DNA from: Methylophilaceae bacterium
GTDB lineage: Bacteria; Pseudomonadota; Gammaproteobacteria; Burkholderiales; Methylophilaceae
Length of the DNA stretch: 64,000 nucleotides
Direction: 5' to 3'
Assembly (NCBI GenBank): GCA_028355955.1
Contig: JAOMTQ010000002.1
Coordinates: forward strand, 2,754 to 66,753
Shown: in pieces, positions 31,344-43,128 of the stretch
How the letters are laid out: each line of letters begins with the position of its first letter
Position numbering within the stretch: the stretch's first letter is position 1
Notes under the pieces: generated by a model
Seen by the model: only the letters and a program-made list of their open reading frames with translations
Database searches by the model: none
What the model was told of the DNA's origin: nothing
Translations under genes and position numbers: made by a program

Positions 31344-31667
31344 ATGAGCAATATTATTCACGTTACAGACGACCAATTTGAAGAAAAAGTTCTTCAAGCA
31401 AAAATACCCGTTTTAGTAGATTTTTGGGCTGAGTGGTGTGGTCCCTGTAAAGCAATTGCACCTATACTCGATGATATTTCTAAAGACTATAATGGTAAGT
31501 TAATTGTTGCAAAAATAAATATAGATGAGAATCAAAAGATTGCTGCCCAATTCGCAGTTCGAGCTATACCTACTCTAATCATCTTTAAAGATGGTAACTT
31601 TGAGGCTGATAAAAAAGGGGCTTTATCTAAATCACAATTAATAGCATTTATTGACAGTACAATTTAA
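31344..31667 (+). CDS. trxA: Thioredoxin
   Basis: WCGPC; upstream of rho. Confidence 0.98.
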   Translation: MSNIIHVTDDQFEEKVLQAKIPVLVDFWAEWCGPCKAIAPILDDISKDYNGKLIVAKINIDENQKIAAQFAVRAIPTLIIFKDGNFEADKKGALSKSQLIAFIDSTI

Positions 31668-31673
31668 AAGAAT

Positions 31674-32933
31674 ATGCATTTATCTGATCTAAAACACCTT
31701 CCTGTAACTGAACTAGTTGACCTAGCAAATTCTGACAAAATTGAAAATGCGGGAAGAATGCGTAAGCAAGATTTAATTTTTGCAATACTAAAAAATAAAG
31801 CTAAAAATGGTGATAAGTTAATTGGTGATGGTACTTTAGAGGTATTGCAAGATGGATTTGGCTTTTTAAGATCTTCAGATTCTTCATATTTAGCAGGACC
31901 AGCAGATATATACGTTTCACCTTCACAAATTCGAAGATTTAATCTACACACTGGAGATACGATTGCTGGTGAAATTAGAACACCAAAAGATAGCGAACGT
32001 TACTTTGCGTTAGTCAAGGTTGATAAAGTAAATAATGACGCGCCTGAAAATACAAAAAATAAGATTCTATTTGAAAACCTTACTCCTATTCACCCAACAA
32101 AACCTCTCACTTTAGAAAGAGATTCAAATGTTGAGGAAAATAATACAAGTCGAGTTATTGATATGGTTGCTCCTATCGGAAAAGGCCAAAGGGGTTTAAT
32201 AGTAGCAAGCCCCAAAAGTGGCAAAACAGTTATGTTACAGAATATTGCTCATGCAATAACTGCTAACCATACAGACGTCTCCCTTATTGTTTTACTAATA
32301 GATGAAAGGCCAGAAGAGGTTACAGAAATGTCTAGATCTGTTAAAGGTGAGGTTGTTGCATCGACTTTTGACGAGCCAGCTACAAGACATGTTCAAGTGG
32401 CAGATATGGTTCTAGAAAAAGCTAAAAGATTGGTTGAGCATAAAAAAGATGTTGTTATTCTTTTAGATTCAATCACAAGACTTGCAAGAGCTTACAACAC
32501 TGTTATTCCATCATCTGGGAAGGTTTTAACTGGCGGTGTTGATGCAAATGCACTTCAAAGACCAAAACGCTTTTTTGGTGCAGCAAGAAATGTTGAAGAA
32601 GGTGGTTCACTTACAATTCTTGCCACTGCACTTGTTGAAACTGGCTCACGAATGGATGATGTGATTTATGAAGAATTTAAAGGTACAGGTAATATGGAAA
32701 TTCACCTTGAGAGAAAAATGGCTGAAAAAAGAATTTATCCTGCGATCAATGTGAATAAGTCAAGTACCAGAAGAGAAGAGCTACTTATCCCTTCTGACGT
32801 TCTGCAAAAAATATGGGTATTAAGAAAATTACTCTACCCTATGGATGACCTAGAGGCGATGGAGTTTCTCTTAGATAAAGTTCGATCTACAAAAAATAAC
32901 TCGGATTTTTTTGATAGCATGCGAAGAAGTTGA
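31674..32933 (+). CDS. rho: Transcription termination factor Rho
   Basis: [25 protein letters not shown] and EEFKGTGN motifs. Confidence 0.99.
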   Translation: MHLSDLKHLPVTELVDLANSDKIENAGRMRKQDLIFAILKNKAKNGDKLIGDGTLEVLQDGFGFLRSSDSSYLAGPADIYVSPSQIRRFNLHTGDTIAGEIRTPKDSERYFALVKVDKVNNDAPENTKNKILFENLTPIHPTKPLTLERDSNVEENNTSRVIDMVAPIGKGQRGLIVASPKSGKTVMLQNIAHAITANHTDVSLIVLLIDERPEEVTEMSRSVKGEVVASTFDEPATRHVQVADMVLEKAKRLVEHKKDVVILLDSITRLARAYNTVIPSSGKVLTGGVDANALQRPKRFFGAARNVEEGGSLTILATALVETGSRMDDVIYEEFKGTGNMEIHLERKMAEKRIYPAINVNKSSTRREELLIPSDVLQKIWVLRKLLYPMDDLEAMEFLLDKVRSTKNNSDFFDSMRRS

Positions 32934-33012
32934 GGAATTAATTAAACATTGATTTTTATCAAACTTTCTATAAAATACGACAATTATCAAGATTTATAAG
33001 TAATAACAAATT

Positions 33013-33213
33013 ATGAAAAAAGACTTACACCCAAACTATCCAGAAATTACTGTAACTTGTAGTTGCGGCAATTCTTTCAAAACTAAATCAACTATGGCAA
33101 AAGATACGAATATTGAGGTTTGTTCTAAGTGTCACCCTTTCTATACAGGTAAGCAAAAAATATTGGATACTGCTGGACGTGTTGAAAAATTTAAACAAAA
33201 ATATGGTATGTAA
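33013..33213 (+). CDS. rpmE: 50S ribosomal protein L31, zinc-binding type
   Basis: CSC...[10 protein letters not shown]. Confidence 0.98.
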   Translation: MKKDLHPNYPEITVTCSCGNSFKTKSTMAKDTNIEVCSKCHPFYTGKQKILDTAGRVEKFKQKYGM

Positions 33214-33230
33214 TGTTTTTACATTTGATT

Positions 33231-33261
33231 AAAAAAAAGGCGGTTATCTGCCTTTTTTTTT
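33231..33261 (+). terminator. Intrinsic terminator after rpmE
   Basis: AAAAAAAAGGCGG-tta-TCTGCCTTTTTTTTT. Confidence 0.85.
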
Positions 33262-33279
33262 ATGTCATAATTTGTAAAT

Positions 33280-34914
33280 ATGAAATTTGAATTAAATCAT
33301 GATTGGCAAGGAAACATGTCATCACCTCGCTCAACACTTGGTGACAAAACAAAAATTCATTTATTCCTTATACTTGCAATTATATGGATTTTTACCGGCT
33401 TGGTTGGAAACTCACCTTGGATTCCTGCAGAATCAGAAAATGTAAGCATGGTAATGGATATTGTTTCAAATAATTCTATAATAGCCCCCTTAGCTGCTAG
33501 TCAAGATTCAATTAACAATCCACCCTTGTATCCATTCATAGGTGCTACTTTTGTTAAAATTTTTTCATCAATACTTGAACCACTTGATGCAATTAGATTA
33601 TCAAATTTTATATGGATAAGTTTAACTTTAGTAAGTATAGGTCTAATGACAAGAGAGTTATGGGGAACTGGTTTTGGTAGACAAGCAGGTTTAATCTTTA
33701 TTGCTTCTATTGGGCTTATTTTCAATGTTCATAGTATTAGACCGGAAGTTGCTGCACTATTAGGTTTCGCTCTAGTACTTTATGGTTTTGCACTATATCA
33801 ACGAAGACCTTTCAGGGCTAGCTTAGTATTAGGTTTTGGTATATCCATAATCTTCTTATCTAATGGAATCTTATCGCTTTTAAGTATTTTAATAACCGCA
33901 TTTAGCTTGTTACTTATAAAGCAATGGAGAAATAAGCGTTATTATTTATTCTGTTTAATTTCATCGATAATTGCCTTAGTTATCATTACTCCATGGATAT
34001 ATCTTTTATACAATTCTAATCCTGAAATATTTTTTTCCTGGCTAAATAAAGTCAATGCGCCAAATGGTGGAGAATTCTTTTTTTATATTAAGAATATGTT
34101 ATGGTTTACATGGCCTTCACTTCCTCTTTTTATCTTTGTTTTAATTAATAATTTTAAAAATATTATCCAACTTAAAAAAATTCATTTACCTTTATTTTTT
34201 TCAATATCAATCTTATTCACACTTTCTCTCAATGCCAACATAGATCAAATAAATCTCATGCCTCTACTATTACCGTTTTCAGTTGCTGCTGCAGGTGGAA
34301 TTGATTTACTCAGAAGAGGTTCTGCAAGTGCTCTCAATTGGTTTGGTATATTAATTTTTGGTTTTTTTGGTTTTATGATTTGGTTTTTTTGGTTTGCAGT
34401 TATTTCAGGTTTTCCTGAAATTATTTATGATCGAATTTATTTTCTATCTGGAAACTATGAAGCTAAATTTGAATTCTTAAATTTCATTTTTGCATTTTTA
34501 ATAAGTGGTTTATGGCTTTATATTATCTTTAATTTAAAGATTTCAAATCGGTCAGCAATTTCAAATTGGGCAATTGGTATCACAATGGTATGGGTTACTT
34601 TTATAATGCTTGTAAGCCCATTAATTGATAATAGAAAAAGTTATGCGCCTGTTTTTCAAGATGTTAAACAACATTTATCTCAAAGTTCTAGTTGCTTATA
34701 CACATACAACTTTAGCTCACATGAAACAAATTTACTTCATTACTATTCTGGTATAAAAGCTGTTGATTCTAATAAAGACATCCAATGTAGAATAATATTA
34801 TTATCACTTAATAATGAATCTAAAATGCCTTCTGAATATGAATCCTGGAATCAGATATGGTCTGGGAAAAGAATTGATAGAGATAAAACTTACTATATCT
34901 TACTTACAAAATAG
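33280..34914 (+). CDS. ArnT/PMT-family (GT-C) membrane glycosyltransferase
   Basis: About 13 TM segments, NPPLY (xPPL) motif, WFTWP; typical position after rpmE. Confidence 0.8.
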   Translation: MKFELNHDWQGNMSSPRSTLGDKTKIHLFLILAIIWIFTGLVGNSPWIPAESENVSMVMDIVSNNSIIAPLAASQDSINNPPLYPFIGATFVKIFSSILEPLDAIRLSNFIWISLTLVSIGLMTRELWGTGFGRQAGLIFIASIGLIFNVHSIRPEVAALLGFALVLYGFALYQRRPFRASLVLGFGISIIFLSNGILSLLSILITAFSLLLIKQWRNKRYYLFCLISSIIALVIITPWIYLLYNSNPEIFFSWLNKVNAPNGGEFFFYIKNMLWFTWPSLPLFIFVLINNFKNIIQLKKIHLPLFFSISILFTLSLNANIDQINLMPLLLPFSVAAAGGIDLLRRGSASALNWFGILIFGFFGFMIWFFWFAVISGFPEIIYDRIYFLSGNYEAKFEFLNFIFAFLISGLWLYIIFNLKISNRSAISNWAIGITMVWVTFIMLVSPLIDNRKSYAPVFQDVKQHLSQSSSCLYTYNFSSHETNLLHYYSGIKAVDSNKDIQCRIILLSLNNESKMPSEYESWNQIWSGKRIDRDKTYYILLTK

Positions 34915-34920
34915 TATTTT

Positions 34921-35145
34921 TTAATCTTTTAAGTATTTACTAATTGCATTAAAAACAAAAGGGTTTAATTGGCTATTTTTTTCTGATGTATCACTAACAT
35001 GTTCTTTTATTTGATTTCTCATATCTCGGCCCCAGAACTTTTGTATATGCGAAGCTGTTTCTTTTTTTGCTTGCTCTTCATCTGGGTAGCTTATAAAAAA
35101 ATTACCGATATCGTTTGCCATTCTGATAAGATTTTTTGTTTCCAT
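34921..35145 (-). CDS. fdsD: Formate dehydrogenase delta subunit
   Basis: LIRMANDIGNFF..HIQKFW..MR. Confidence 0.93.
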   Translation of the reverse strand: METKNLIRMANDIGNFFISYPDEEQAKKETASHIQKFWGRDMRNQIKEHVSDTSEKNSQLNPFVFNAISKYLKD

Positions 35146-35154
35146 CTCGTAATT

Positions 35155-35970
35155 TTACCCGATTATTTGCGTAGGATGTGTATAGCAATTATATCGATTA
35201 TTTCGAGCAAACCCTACTAGAGTCATCTCAATTTGGTCTGCAAGTCTAGTTGCTAAAGCAGTTGGGGCAGAAATAGCTACCAATAGCTTAAGATTAAGAT
35301 ATGCTAATTTTTGCACCATTTCATAACTTGCCCTACTAGAAGTAATTACGAAGAAATCATTTAATATTTTTGTATTCAAGGAGGCTCCAATTAGTTTATC
35401 AAGTGCATTATGTCTTCCTACGTCTTCTTTGAGGATTATTAAATCTCCTTTAGAATTAAATAACCCACAAGCATGAGTTGCCCCTGTTTTTTTTTGTATT
35501 TCTTGTTGGCCTGAAAAGTTCTTTAATGCTTTCAATATACTTTTCGAAAAAAACTTTGTTTCATTTTTTTTATTTTCAGGAATCTTAAGGACCTGATCAA
35601 GAGACTCAGCTCCACATAATCCGCAACCTGTTCTACCAGTTAAATTTCTTCTTATTTCTTTTAGACGTATAAATTTTTCAGTGGATATTTCCAAGTTAAT
35701 TTCAATTCCATTATCTTTTTTTAGAACTTCAATTGAATATATATCCGATAAACTTGTTATAACACCTTCAGTAATTGAAAACCCTCTCGCAAAATCTTCC
35801 AAATCACATGGGCTTGCCATCATGACTACGTGAGAAACCCCATTATAAATTATGGCTATAGGTGTCTCTTCAGCTAAAATTTCTTTAGTTGTCTCTTCGG
35901 AGTTGATATTTTTTTGAATGGATACTTCTTTGCAGGAGTGACTTGTTTGAATTAATTTTTCTTTAGTCAC
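35155..35970 (-). CDS. fdhD: Formate dehydrogenase accessory sulfurtransferase FdhD/FdsC
   Basis: CGLCG, TGATHA and EDVGRHNALDKLIG motifs. Confidence 0.96.
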   Translation of the reverse strand: MTKEKLIQTSHSCKEVSIQKNINSEETTKEILAEETPIAIIYNGVSHVVMMASPCDLEDFARGFSITEGVITSLSDIYSIEVLKKDNGIEINLEISTEKFIRLKEIRRNLTGRTGCGLCGAESLDQVLKIPENKKNETKFFSKSILKALKNFSGQQEIQKKTGATHACGLFNSKGDLIILKEDVGRHNALDKLIGASLNTKILNDFFVITSSRASYEMVQKLAYLNLKLLVAISAPTALATRLADQIEMTLVGFARNNRYNCYTHPTQIIG

Positions 35971-35976
35971 TTTGAA

Positions 35977-38820
35977 TTAATTTACTTTTTCCTCACCATT
36001 TTTTACGAAATCAATTTGTTTTTCGCTAAATTTTTGATATTTTGATTGCCAGTTTGATGGTTGAGTTACTTTAGTTACTTGAACCGCCGTCACTTTAAAC
36101 TCTGGGCAATTTGTAGCCCAATCAGAATTATCAGTTGTGATAACATTTGCACCTGAAACAGGGTGGTGGAAGGTTGTATATACAACACCAGGTTGAACTT
36201 TTTTTGTTATTTTTGCACGAAGGACTGTATCACCTGAGCGACTATTTATACCTACCCAATCTTGCTCATTTATTCCTCTTTCCTCTGCATCATGCGGATG
36301 TATTTCAATTAAATCTTCATCATGCCATTCGATATTTTTTGTTCTTCTTGTTTGAGCCCCAACATTATAATGAGCCAAAATTCTTCCAGTTGTCATTATT
36401 AAAGGAAATTTACCATTCACTTTCTCAACTGTTGGTACATACTCCGTAATAAAGAATTTTCCTTTACCTCTAACAAACTCATCTACATGCATAGTAGGAG
36501 TTCCTTCTGGATATTCATCATTACATGGCCATTGGATACTTCCAAGCTTATCTAATTTTTCGTAACTAACCCCTTTAAAGGTTGGAGTTAACTGAGCAAC
36601 CTCATCCATAATTTCACTAGCATGCTTGTAATTCATTGGATATCCTAATGCATTAGACAACATTTGAGTAATTTCCCAATCTTCATAACCATTTTTTGGT
36701 GCCATCACCTTCCTTACCCTTGAAATTCTTCTTTCTGCATTCGTAAAAGTACCATTCTTTTCTAAAAATGAAGATCCCGGTAAGAAAACATGTGCATACA
36801 TAGCTGTTTCATTTAAAAATAAATCTTGAACAATGACACATTCCATAGATTCAAGTGCATGAGTCACATGTTGTGTATCTGGATCTGACTGAGCTATATC
36901 CTCTCCTTCACAGTAAAGAGATTTAAATTTACCTGATATAGCTTCATCAAGCATGTTTGGAATTCTAAGACCCGGCTCATCATAAATTTTTGCGTTCCAT
37001 GCTGACTCAAATAATGCTCGAGTAGCTTTATCTGAAACATGCCTATAGCCAGGAAGTTCATGGGGGAATGATCCCATATCACATGCACCCTGAACATTAT
37101 TTTGGCCTCTTAATGGATTGATACCAACACCTTCTCTCCCAACATTTCCAGTAATCATTGCTAAGTTAGCGATACCCATAACCATAGTTGAGCCCTGGCT
37201 ATGCTCTGTTACACCGAGTCCATAATAAATAGATCCATTTTTTTCATTTGCAAATAATCTAGCTGCTTTTCTGAGTAAGTCTGCAGGAATACCAGTTTCG
37301 GATTCCATAGACTCTGGAGAATTTTTTGAATCTTTAATAAAATTTAACCAAATTTTGAATGATTCATCTTCGCAACGTTCTTTTACAAAATCTTGATCGC
37401 CCAAACCTTCTTCGACAATCACGTGTGCAATTGAGTTAATTGTTGCAACATTGGTACTCGGTTGAAGTTTAAGGTGATAATCAGCTTTAACATGAGGCGT
37501 ATTATCAACAAGGTCAATTTCTCTTGGATCAACAATTATTAATTTAGCACCTTCTCTCAGTCTTCTCTTCATCTGAGATGCAAATACTGGATGACCGTCC
37601 GTAGGATTTGCTCCAATAACCATAATTACATCTGACTTCATCACTGAATCGAAATTTTGTGTCCCCGCTGACTCACCAATTGTTTGCTTGAGTCCATACC
37701 CCGTAGGTGAATGGCAAACTCTTGCACAAGTATCGATATTATTATTACCAAAACTTGCTCTAACAATTTTTTGCATCAAATAAACTTCTTCATTTGTACA
37801 CCTTGAAGATGAAATAGCACCTACAGAATTGTTACCATATTTCTTTTGTATTCTTTTTATTTCTGAAGCAGCATAGCTGATTGCTTCTTCCCATGACACT
37901 TTTTGCCAAGGATCTTTAATGCTTTTCCTTATCATTGGAGTGGTAATTCTATCTTTATGTGTTGTGTATCCCCAAGCAAACCTTCCTTTCACACAAGAAT
38001 GGCCGTGATTTGCTCCACCATCTTTATTAGGTGTCATTCGAACAACCTTATCACCTTGTAGCTCAGCATTAAAGGAACAACCCACTCCACAATATGCACA
38101 AGTTGTTGTTACTTGTTTTTCAGGTGTTCCATGCTCTTCGATGCTTTTTTCAATTAATGTAGCTGTAGGACAGGCCTGAACACATGCACCACATGAAACA
38201 CATTCTGAATCTATAAAATCTTTATTTCCAGCTGAAACTTTTGACTCAAAACCTCTTCCATCTATCGTTAAGGCAAATGTGCCTTGCGTTTCTTCACAAG
38301 CTCTTACACATCTTGAACAAACAATGCATTTTGATGGATCAAAAGTAAAGTATGGATTTGATTCATCTTTTTTAGAATCTAAATGATTTTCGCCCTCATA
38401 GCCGTAACGAACGTCTCTTAAGCCAACTGCCCCTGCCATATCCTGTAATTCACAATCACCATTCGTTGAACATGTTAAGCAATCAAGTGGGTGGTCAGAG
38501 ATATATAATTCCATTACACCTTTTCTCAATTCAGCTAACTTAGGTGATTGAGTAGAAACCACTAAACCTTCAGCAGCTGGTGTGGTGCAGGATGCCGGAT
38601 ATCCTCTTTTACCTTCAATCTCTACCAAACAAAGACGGCATGAGCCAAATGGTTCCAGGCTATCAGTTGCGCATAATTTAGGCACACTAAATCCTGCAAC
38701 TGAGGCTGCTCTCATCAAAGATGTCCCCTCAGGAACAGTTACATCTACGCCGTCAATATTGAGGGTTACAAGTTTTTCAGAATTTACTGAAGGTGTACCG
38801 AAGTCTTTTGTGTCATCCAT
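35977..38820 (-). CDS. fdsA: NAD-dependent Mo-formate dehydrogenase alpha subunit
   Basis: 2Fe-2S/4Fe-4S Cys motifs, CAYCGVGC, active-site CARVCH (Cys, not Sec), LRGQNNVQG. Confidence 0.97.
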   Translation of the reverse strand: MDDTKDFGTPSVNSEKLVTLNIDGVDVTVPEGTSLMRAASVAGFSVPKLCATDSLEPFGSCRLCLVEIEGKRGYPASCTTPAAEGLVVSTQSPKLAELRKGVMELYISDHPLDCLTCSTNGDCELQDMAGAVGLRDVRYGYEGENHLDSKKDESNPYFTFDPSKCIVCSRCVRACEETQGTFALTIDGRGFESKVSAGNKDFIDSECVSCGACVQACPTATLIEKSIEEHGTPEKQVTTTCAYCGVGCSFNAELQGDKVVRMTPNKDGGANHGHSCVKGRFAWGYTTHKDRITTPMIRKSIKDPWQKVSWEEAISYAASEIKRIQKKYGNNSVGAISSSRCTNEEVYLMQKIVRASFGNNNIDTCARVCHSPTGYGLKQTIGESAGTQNFDSVMKSDVIMVIGANPTDGHPVFASQMKRRLREGAKLIIVDPREIDLVDNTPHVKADYHLKLQPSTNVATINSIAHVIVEEGLGDQDFVKERCEDESFKIWLNFIKDSKNSPESMESETGIPADLLRKAARLFANEKNGSIYYGLGVTEHSQGSTMVMGIANLAMITGNVGREGVGINPLRGQNNVQGACDMGSFPHELPGYRHVSDKATRALFESAWNAKIYDEPGLRIPNMLDEAISGKFKSLYCEGEDIAQSDPDTQHVTHALESMECVIVQDLFLNETAMYAHVFLPGSSFLEKNGTFTNAERRISRVRKVMAPKNGYEDWEITQMLSNALGYPMNYKHASEIMDEVAQLTPTFKGVSYEKLDKLGSIQWPCNDEYPEGTPTMHVDEFVRGKGKFFITEYVPTVEKVNGKFPLIMTTGRILAHYNVGAQTRRTKNIEWHDEDLIEIHPHDAEERGINEQDWVGINSRSGDTVLRAKITKKVQPGVVYTTFHHPVSGANVITTDNSDWATNCPEFKVTAVQVTKVTQPSNWQSKYQKFSEKQIDFVKNGEEKVN

Positions 38821-38911
38821 AATTTTTTGCTTTTGGCATAATTAAGATTAGGATTTTGTCCTAATCATTCGAAATTTTCTTAAGTTACTAATTTTAGCAG
38901 TAATTTTATGC

Positions 38912-40462
38912 TTAAGTTTCTGATTTTTCAAGTCCAAAGTCTTTTGGAAAAAAATTTAAAGCACTAATCACTGGAAATGGAGTCATCCCACCCATAGCAC
39001 ATAATGACCCATGAACCATTGTCTCTCCTAAGTCCTTAAGTACTTCAACATTTTTTTCTTGATCAATACCATCTTTAATTTTATCAATCACTTCCATGCC
39101 CCTTGTTGAGCCTATTCTGCAAGGGGTACATTTACCACATGACTCAATTGCACAGAATTCAAATGAATACCTTGCTAATTTTGACATATCAATCGAATCA
39201 TCAAATGCAACGATACCCCCATGACCGACGACCGCATTAATTTCAGAAAACTTCTCATAATCTAGCGGTGTATCAAATTGATGCTCTGGGAGAAACGCAC
39301 CAAGAGGGCCTCCAACTTGCACAGCTTTTATATTTTTACCTGTTGCTGATCCACCACCAAAGTCATATAGTAATTCTCTTAATGTAATTCCAAAAGCTTT
39401 TTCTATCAAACCAGTTTGTTTAAGATTACCAGCTAGCTGAATAGGAAGTGTTCCTTTTGAACGCCCCATACCAAAATCTGCATAAAATTTTGATCCTTTA
39501 TCTAAAATGATCGGAATTGTTGCCAGTGAAATAACATTATTCACCACAGTTGGTTTTCCATATAAACCTTCAATCGCAGGTAGTGGGGGTTTGTACCTTA
39601 CAAGCCCTCTTTTACCCTCTAAACTTTCAAGCAATGAAGTTTCTTCACCACAAATGTATGCGCCAGCTGCTCTGGTAACTTCAAGTTTGAACGAAAATTT
39701 ACTATTCAAGATATTTTTGCCAAGGAATCCATTTTTTTCTGCAATATCAATTGCTTCATTAAGAATAGCTTGAGCATGAGGATATTCTGACCTTAGATAT
39801 ATATAACCTTGATCAGCACCAACAGCTAACCCGGCAATAATCATGCCTTCTATTAAAACAAAGGGATCATTTTCCATAATCATTCTGTCTGAAAAAGTAC
39901 CTGAATCTCCTTCATCTGCGTTGCATACAATATATTTTTTTTCAGAGGGGGCATTTAAGACGGTTTGCCATTTGATTCCAGTTGGGAACGCAGCGCCTCC
40001 ACGGCCTCTCAAACCAGAGTCTGTAACCTCATCCACAATCTCTTGATTTGTTAACTTTAAGGCTTTACGCAAACCTTTGAATCCATCATGAGCCTCATAA
40101 TCATTTAAGGAAACAGGGTCTGTAATGCCTACTCTAGCGTAGGTTAATCTTTCTTGATTCTTGAGCCATTCAATTTCACTTGTAATTCCAAGGGATAAGG
40201 AATGTTCTTTGCCTAGGAAAAACTCTCTATCAAACATCGAAGGAATGTCACTTGGATTGATAGGTCCATATGCCACTCTTCCTTGATCGGTTTCTACTTC
40301 TACCATTGTTTCAAGCCAAAAAAGGCCTCGCGAACCATTTCGAATAATTTCTAATTCGATCTTACGGTTAGCTGCCTCAACTTTAATTGCTTTAAATACT
40401 TTATCTGCGCCCAATGAAAGTGCACTTGAGTCTCTAGGTATATAAATTTTATAAGTTGTCAT
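38912..40462 (-). CDS. fdsB: Formate dehydrogenase beta (NuoF-like FMN) subunit
   Basis: [22 protein letters not shown] and CGKCTPCR motifs. Confidence 0.96.
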   Translation of the reverse strand: MTTYKIYIPRDSSALSLGADKVFKAIKVEAANRKIELEIIRNGSRGLFWLETMVEVETDQGRVAYGPINPSDIPSMFDREFFLGKEHSLSLGITSEIEWLKNQERLTYARVGITDPVSLNDYEAHDGFKGLRKALKLTNQEIVDEVTDSGLRGRGGAAFPTGIKWQTVLNAPSEKKYIVCNADEGDSGTFSDRMIMENDPFVLIEGMIIAGLAVGADQGYIYLRSEYPHAQAILNEAIDIAEKNGFLGKNILNSKFSFKLEVTRAAGAYICGEETSLLESLEGKRGLVRYKPPLPAIEGLYGKPTVVNNVISLATIPIILDKGSKFYADFGMGRSKGTLPIQLAGNLKQTGLIEKAFGITLRELLYDFGGGSATGKNIKAVQVGGPLGAFLPEHQFDTPLDYEKFSEINAVVGHGGIVAFDDSIDMSKLARYSFEFCAIESCGKCTPCRIGSTRGMEVIDKIKDGIDQEKNVEVLKDLGETMVHGSLCAMGGMTPFPVISALNFFPKDFGLEKSET

Positions 40463-40928
40463 TTTTTTTAGCTTCTTGAATTAATTCATCAATCTTATCT
40501 TCGGTCACCCTTCCTATAACTTCGTCATCAATCATTACAGCAGGTGAGCAAGCACAGTTACCTAGACAGTAGACGGGTTCCAAGGTTATCGAATTATCTT
40601 CTGTGGTTTGGTGATAATCGATACCTAACTTTTCTTTGCAATAAGATTCGATATTTTCACTACCCATTGATTGGCATGATTCAGCTCTACAAATTTGCAA
40701 GATGTGCTTGCCAGATGGTTTTGTCCTAAAATGATGATAAAAAGTAACAAATCCATGAATCTCTGCAACTGAGAGACTTAGAGCTTTAGATATAGGTTCA
40801 TATGACTCTTCTGGGATATATCCTAAATCATCTTGAATTGCATGCATTATAGGTAAAAGTGCGCCGGGTTTATCTTTCAGCACTGTTAGATGCTCTTCAA
40901 TTTTTAGTAATTTATTATCAGTTAGCAT
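40449..40928 (-). CDS. fdsG: Formate dehydrogenase gamma (NuoE-like 2Fe-2S) subunit
   Basis: CRAESC...CLGNCAC. Confidence 0.95.
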   Translation of the reverse strand: MLTDNKLLKIEEHLTVLKDKPGALLPIMHAIQDDLGYIPEESYEPISKALSLSVAEIHGFVTFYHHFRTKPSGKHILQICRAESCQSMGSENIESYCKEKLGIDYHQTTEDNSITLEPVYCLGNCACSPAVMIDDEVIGRVTEDKIDELIQEAKKNDNL

Positions 40929-41040
40929 TTTGTCTACATCGTTTCTTTAAAAAACATATATTTATCAACATATTATACTTTAAGTACTTGATTTTTTTTT
41001 ATCTAAAATAATTAATTTTTGTATAATTTTAATATATATT

Positions 41041-42033
41041 ATGACAATGAAGCTTATAGATCAGTTCAATAGAAAAGTAGACTATATAAGAGTATCCGTG
41101 ACAGACAGATGTGATTTCAGATGCGTTTATTGTATGTCAGAAAAAATGACCTTTCTACCAAAACCTACAGTACTTTCGCTTGAAGAAATAGAAAGGATAA
41201 TTCGGGTTTTTTCTGAATTAGGCGTAAAAAAGGTCAGACTAACTGGAGGGGAGCCTCTTGTTCGAAGAGGAATTGATAGCTTATTTATGTCAATTGGAAA
41301 AATTAAAGCACTTGATGAAATTACCTTAACAACAAATGGGAGCCAACTTCAAAGTAAAGCACAAATGTTGAAGGACGCAGGTGTTGAGAGAATTAACATA
41401 AGTTTAGATAGTCTAGATCCTTCTACATTCAAAAAAATGACTAGAATAGGTGATTTGAATAAAGTTTTGGATGGTATCCATACTGCGATTGATGTTGGAT
41501 TTAAAAAAATTAAAATAAACACAGTTTTAATGAAACAAATAAATGAAAAAGAGCTTTACGATTTAGTTGATTACGCAATCAAATATTATCTTGATATTTC
41601 TTTTATTGAAGAGATGCCATTGGGCAATACTGCTTATGACAGACAATCTACCTCAGTGAGTAATGATGATATTTTATTGCAATTAAAAGAAAAATATTTA
41701 TTATCAAAAACAGATATATCGACAAGTGGCCCTGCTGAATATTTTCGTATCAAAAATACAAAAACAAAAGTTGGATTGATCTCTCCACACAGCCATAATT
41801 TTTGTGAAGATTGCAACCGAGTTCGAATCTCATGCAAAGGTGAACTTTTTTTATGTTTAGGCCATGATACAAAAATTGAATTAATGCCTCTGATTAGAGA
41901 AAATCCCAATAATGACCTGCCTCTCAAAGAGGCGATACTAAACAGCATGGCAATTAAACCAAAATCTCATAATTTTAATTTGGCAGACGAAAAACCTTCT
42001 GTCGTCAGATTTATGTCTCATACGGGTGGGTAA
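41041..42033 (+). CDS. moaA: GTP 3',8-cyclase
   Basis: CDFRCVYC radical SAM motif, C-terminal CxxC..C, terminal GG. Confidence 0.97.
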   Translation: MTMKLIDQFNRKVDYIRVSVTDRCDFRCVYCMSEKMTFLPKPTVLSLEEIERIIRVFSELGVKKVRLTGGEPLVRRGIDSLFMSIGKIKALDEITLTTNGSQLQSKAQMLKDAGVERINISLDSLDPSTFKKMTRIGDLNKVLDGIHTAIDVGFKKIKINTVLMKQINEKELYDLVDYAIKYYLDISFIEEMPLGNTAYDRQSTSVSNDDILLQLKEKYLLSKTDISTSGPAEYFRIKNTKTKVGLISPHSHNFCEDCNRVRISCKGELFLCLGHDTKIELMPLIRENPNNDLPLKEAILNSMAIKPKSHNFNLADEKPSVVRFMSHTGG

Positions 42034-42594
42034 TTGAAGAGCGAAGTAGAGGGTATTATATTGGCTGGTGGTCAATCCTCAAGAATGGGGACAAATAAAT
42101 CACTGGTTTTGTTGGATAAAAAACCTTTGATCGAACATATTTTTAATAGAATGAAAAAACAGGTAAACAAGCTCAGTATTAATTCAAACGAATTTTTGAG
42201 CATTTTTCCAAAATCTATACAGTTCGAAGATGAGTTACCTGGGCAATTGGGTCCTTTATCAGGGATATTTTCAGGTTTGGTTAAAGCAAAATCCGATTGG
42301 GTGCAATTTTGTCCGAATGATACTCCTTTTTTTCCAACAAATTTAGTTGAGCGATTAAGCGCACACATAGATGAAGAAAATCCAAAAATAATTCTACCAA
42401 CATCAAACAATAAACTAGAACCCGTTTTTTTACTTTGCCCTAAACATTTGGCAAGTAACTTAAAAGATTTTCTATCTTCTGGAGAGAGGAAGCTTGAAGA
42501 ATGGATCAAGTCTAATAATTTTCAAACAGTCGATTTTAAAGAAAAAGATGTTTTTTTTAATATCAACAGTATCTCTGATTTAGAAAAAATATAA
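42034..42594 (+). CDS. mobA: Molybdenum cofactor guanylyltransferase
   Basis: LAGGQSSRMG, GPLSG and FNIN motifs. Confidence 0.95.
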   Translation: MKSEVEGIILAGGQSSRMGTNKSLVLLDKKPLIEHIFNRMKKQVNKLSINSNEFLSIFPKSIQFEDELPGQLGPLSGIFSGLVKAKSDWVQFCPNDTPFFPTNLVERLSAHIDEENPKIILPTSNNKLEPVFLLCPKHLASNLKDFLSSGERKLEEWIKSNNFQTVDFKEKDVFFNINSISDLEKI

Positions 42595-42603
42595 GCCTTA
42601 AAG

Positions 42604-43128
42604 ATGAATAAAAAACCATATATTTTAGGGATTTGTGCAGCAAATAGTGGATCTGGTAAGACACTTTTTATTGAAAGACTAATACCTGAATTAAAAAAAA
42701 GGGGTTACTCAGTTTCGGCCATTAAACACGCTCATCATAATTTTGATATTGATAAGCCAGGAAAAGATAGTTTTAAAATCAGAGAGTCTGGAGCAAAGCA
42801 GACATTAATTTTTAATGCTAGCCGGTCCGCATTAATTACTGAAAACGAAAAAAAAGATTTTGACTTAGATAAGGCACTTGAGCAAATTAATCAACCTACA
42901 GATATAATTTTAGTAGAGGGATTAAAAACAATGCCCATTCCTAAAATTGAGATTTATCGTAAAAAAATATCTAATGAGTCACTTTATATTAGAGACAAGA
43001 ATATAATTGGTGTTATATCAGATGTAGGTATTAAATGTGACATTCCATGTTTTGATTTTATTAAAATGGATAAAATTACTGAATTTATAATTACACTTAT
43101 AGAAAATGAAAAAAACAATATCACTTGA
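42604..43128 (+). CDS. mobB: Molybdopterin-guanine dinucleotide biosynthesis protein B
   Basis: SGSGKT, KHAHH.FDID.PGKDS and VEG motifs. Confidence 0.95.
   Translation: MNKKPYILGICAANSGSGKTLFIERLIPELKKRGYSVSAIKHAHHNFDIDKPGKDSFKIRESGAKQTLIFNASRSALITENEKKDFDLDKALEQINQPTDIILVEGLKTMPIPKIEIYRKKISNESLYIRDKNIIGVISDVGIKCDIPCFDFIKMDKITEFIITLIENEKNNIT

Noticed and set aside
35977-38820. Selenocysteine recoding in formate dehydrogenase
   Set aside because: The ORF is uninterrupted and the active-site ligand is Cys (CARVCH)
40938-40965. ModE-box-like sequence between fdsG and moaA
   Set aside because: Only a partial match (ATCG...ATATA) in very AT-rich DNA; too degenerate to support
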